Positions 61,764-64,000 of a stretch of 64,000 nt of DNA are shown in pieces. The stretch is taken from IMG/VR virus record IMGVR_UViG_3300029533_000034. One strand, written 5' to 3'. This stretch comes from a virus (taxonomy: Duplodnaviria; Heunggongvirae; Uroviricota; Caudoviricetes). Both the position numbers and the translations under genes were made by a program. The notes below the pieces were generated by a model that was not told the DNA's origin, made no database searches, and was given only the letters and a program-made list of their open reading frames with translations. Each line of letters begins with the position of its first letter. Position 1 is the first letter of the stretch.

Positions 61764-61864
61764 TTGAAAAAGAAGAAAAAGCTGTGCATATTTGCATGGC
61801 TTTTTTTTGTGTGTGGGTGTGAGAAATGGAGAAAAAGTTTCATTTCATATTCCTTATGTGAACA

Positions 61865-62701
61865 TTTTTACAAAGATATCTGCCAAATAAAAGATGCCGT
61901 AAATTAAGAGAGCGTGCTGTCAGCAAAGATGTTGATATTGAGGTTTGCGAGGTTACCAAGGAAGAATTTCCGGTTGCGTTTGTAATACATGACTATGAGA
62001 GTGTGTATGAAGGTGCAAAGTCATATAGCGATTTTGAAGGAAACGGAGATTACAGGATGTTTTCAGAAGAGATCAGGACATATAATGGGAAACTGTACAA
62101 GCCTCTCCGTGTTACGTACGGCACAGCAATTAGTACAAACTTTGAGACATTGGATACTTTAAAATATAAGCTGCAGGAACAGGCTCCATACTGGAAAGGC
62201 GGAGAGGATTATTCAGAAGAATCCATCATTAAGGAAAGCAATTTTAATGAGAAAATGAATTCCGCGAATAAAAGGGCCGAGGTTTATATTGTATGTGACG
62301 GTGTCATCTGGGAAACTTGTGGAGAACCGATGTATGTTATAAATACATTTGGTCTTGGACACAACCATGGTGGGACAGGATTTTTTATTGAATATTTTTA
62401 TAATGACAATATTTCAGCCCAAAACTACTTCAACGCCTTGCAGCGCGAGGAAGCGATTACCTATGGCAAAAACGTAGCTCTTGGACGTGGGGATGACAAA
62501 AGCGTGGATGGCATGGGAGACCACGACATCATTGAGGTCAAGATGCCGGAAATGGTTAAGAGATGCCCACAGAAAGATCATGGGGATGGAGATCCATTTT
62601 TAAACGAGCTTGAAGGTATCATTTCCCATAGCGACAGCATTGGCGAAGCGGGGCTTCTTACAGTTCTTACGACAATGGCAGAGTGCAACGCAGAAAAATA
62701 A
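61865..62701 (+). pseudogene. Hypothetical gene whose RBS and start appear deleted
   Basis: The frame of the 62003-62701 ORF stays open upstream to the class A motif at 61843, but no GAAAGGAG or in-frame ATG intervenes. Confidence 0.5.
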
Positions 62702-62899
62702 GATTAAAAGGGTTCGTCTGATGGCGGACTCTTTTTTTTATGGCAACCTTCGGTGGCAATTTTCCCTATATTTTCTCTTTTCCCAAGATTCTTTCAAAAC
62801 TTTGTAAAAAAATTTTTCAAAATCCTTTGACGATTTTTCAAATGGCGCAATATGTGTATTGAAAGGGTAAACAGAGGGGTGATGATCCTCTATCCTTCC

Positions 62900-63593
62900 T
62901 TGTGGGGCGGGTTCCTCCACAAACCTCCTAATTTAATAATATCGTTTCTGCACCACGTTCACGACGTTATAAATTTATGGCGAAAAACCCATAGGCTTGC
63001 CTGTGGGATGAAAGCCCTTTTTCCTACTTTCTTTTTGTATAAATTAAACATATAACAGTATGAACAGAAAGAATATACATAAATATCGTACAAAAAACAC
63101 TTAAAGGGGTCAAATACATTGAGGAGCAGACTGTTGTACTGCTACGATCACAGAACCAAAGATATAGATAAAAATGAAATGTGCTGCAGAATTTAAAAAA
63201 TGCTACGGCATGGAAAAGGAATTCATTGAATGGATAAAAGAAAATAAAATCAAAGTGCTGAACAGCGGAATTAAAACCGCATAACTATATATCCGTAGGG
63301 AGACTGACTATGCTTCCTTGTCGCCAGACAGAAATTTACCGAAAAACAACTAGCTTTCTTACATAATAATGTGGCCGTAGGGCTGCATGGTAATAAAGTC
63401 CTTGCTTAAAACAGACTATACCTGTATTCCAAAGCCTGCAAATGGTGTACGATTACAGGCAAAACTTGAGAGTAAGAACCCCACAGGCTTGCCTGTGGGA
63501 GTAGTCAGTTGTAGTGCAGGAGGGGAGCCACAGGACTGTAGTTGTCTATGCAGAAATGGCCTGTTCATCCGGTTCGAGTCCGGAGGATTCCTT
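62900..63593 (+). ncRNA. Modular ncRNA with tRNA-like module (63521-63593), interrupted by a mini-IS
   Basis: Class B motif, hairpin, ACCTCCT segment, stem CTGCAC/GTGCAG spanning the mini-IS, then T-arm TCCGG-TTCGAGT-CCGGA. Confidence 0.55.
62979..63508 (+). mobile_element. Non-autonomous miniature IS605 derivative
   Basis: TTTAT then left-end hairpin; tnpA 3' fragment joined to tnpB 3' fragment; omegaRNA and right end GTAGTCAG. Confidence 0.9.
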
Positions 63594-63618
63594 TAAAAAA
63601 AAGAAAGAGAGGAAAACA

Positions 63619-63861
63619 ATGAGCAGGGAATCATTAACTTTGGAAGAATTAAGAGAAATGCAGGGACAACCTGTATGGTGTCCAGAACTGAATTCATATG
63701 GGATTATTAAGTGTGACACTTCCGGAAAATGGAAGGGGATTCCATATATTCATGGTTCGCAGTTTATTCCGGAATATGGGATTTCAACGGATTTTGAGTA
63801 CAACATCCAGGATCGTAGTCTGGTGTGCCAGCGTGTGCCACCGAATCTTATGAATGAATAA
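63619..63861 (+). CDS. Hypothetical protein
   Basis: GAGGA RBS; LTLEELREMQGQPVW. Confidence 0.6.
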   Translation: MSRESLTLEELREMQGQPVWCPELNSYGIIKCDTSGKWKGIPYIHGSQFIPEYGISTDFEYNIQDRSLVCQRVPPNLMNE

Positions 63862-64000
63862 AGAATTTGCATAGTGAAGAGGAGGAAAATGAAAAATGCT
63901 AAATAAGTATCTTGAGTTGCTGCAGCACGCAACGGAAGTGATGACGAGTGTCGGAAAGTCCGGAGCGGGCGCTGCCGAATATTTTCAGGCTGTTGGGTAT

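Larger units (their letters stand above)
719..61863. promoter_or_regulatory. Class A upstream motif T(T/C)TCATATT-N5-TGTAAAC...GAAAGGAG, about 26 dispersed copies
   Basis: Near 720(-), 2216(-), 3430(-), 3458, 5455, 11553, 12656, 14755, 18882, 19303, 19624, 24765(-), 42255, 43528, 46786, 47230, 48822, 53321, 53746, 56534, 57193, 58023, 60227(-), 60280, 60908, 61843. Usually just after a terminator T-run and 30-45 nt before a start codon. Confidence 0.85.
2281..62856. promoter_or_regulatory. Class B promoter-like motif TTTGACGATTTTTCAAATGGCGCAATAT, 13 dispersed copies
   Basis: Near 2281, 2731, 4181, 13582, 22942(-), 24859, 27124, 29050, 31241, 41957(-), 42192(-), 44632, 62827. TTGACG is -35-like and the whole ~28 bp is conserved. 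Confidence 0.85.

Noticed and set aside
63950..64000. GGAAAGTCCGG resembling the RNase P RNA 5' conserved region
   Set aside because: Flanking bases differ from GAGGAAAGTCCGGGC and the window ends before any 3' conserved region could be checked.
1..64000. Prophage or ordinary chromosomal region
   Set aside because: No virion, terminase or integrase genes were recognised, and the housekeeping-like genes are out of their normal operons and under element-specific motifs. A jumbo phage or phage-plasmid cannot be excluded from this window alone.

Overview
This window looks like a 64-kb piece of a large Firmicutes (Lachnospiraceae-like) extrachromosomal element, most likely a megaplasmid or phage-plasmid. 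No capsid, tail or terminase genes and no cas genes were recognised. It contains: (1) a probable replication origin, with 20 helically phased CACTTA-N9-GACA repeats between two divergent Rep-like genes and a DnaA box nearby; (2) a DNA and nucleotide metabolism set (nrdD, gmk-like, thyA, dnaE, recA, recG, SUV3-like helicase, ligA) plus clpX, spoVG and a CCA-adding enzyme; (3) a PARP plus microbial PARG pair; (4) a tRNA cluster whose tRNA-His is split by a TnpB element; (5) an IS200/IS605 family with omegaRNA-only derivatives; (6) cas-less type I-C-like CRISPR mini-arrays and solitary repeats. Two conserved upstream motifs organise transcription: class A (about 26 copies) and class B (13 copies). 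The most striking observation is a family of at least 7 modular non-coding RNAs, mostly behind class B promoters, built as hairpin - pyrimidine-rich anti-RBS segment - hairpin - tRNA-like T-arm/acceptor module. Three of them are complementary to the conserved class A mRNA leader, which suggests an RNA-based global switch. Coordinates and motif counts were read by hand and may be off by a few bases or copies. Protein calls rest on motif recognition, not database searches.
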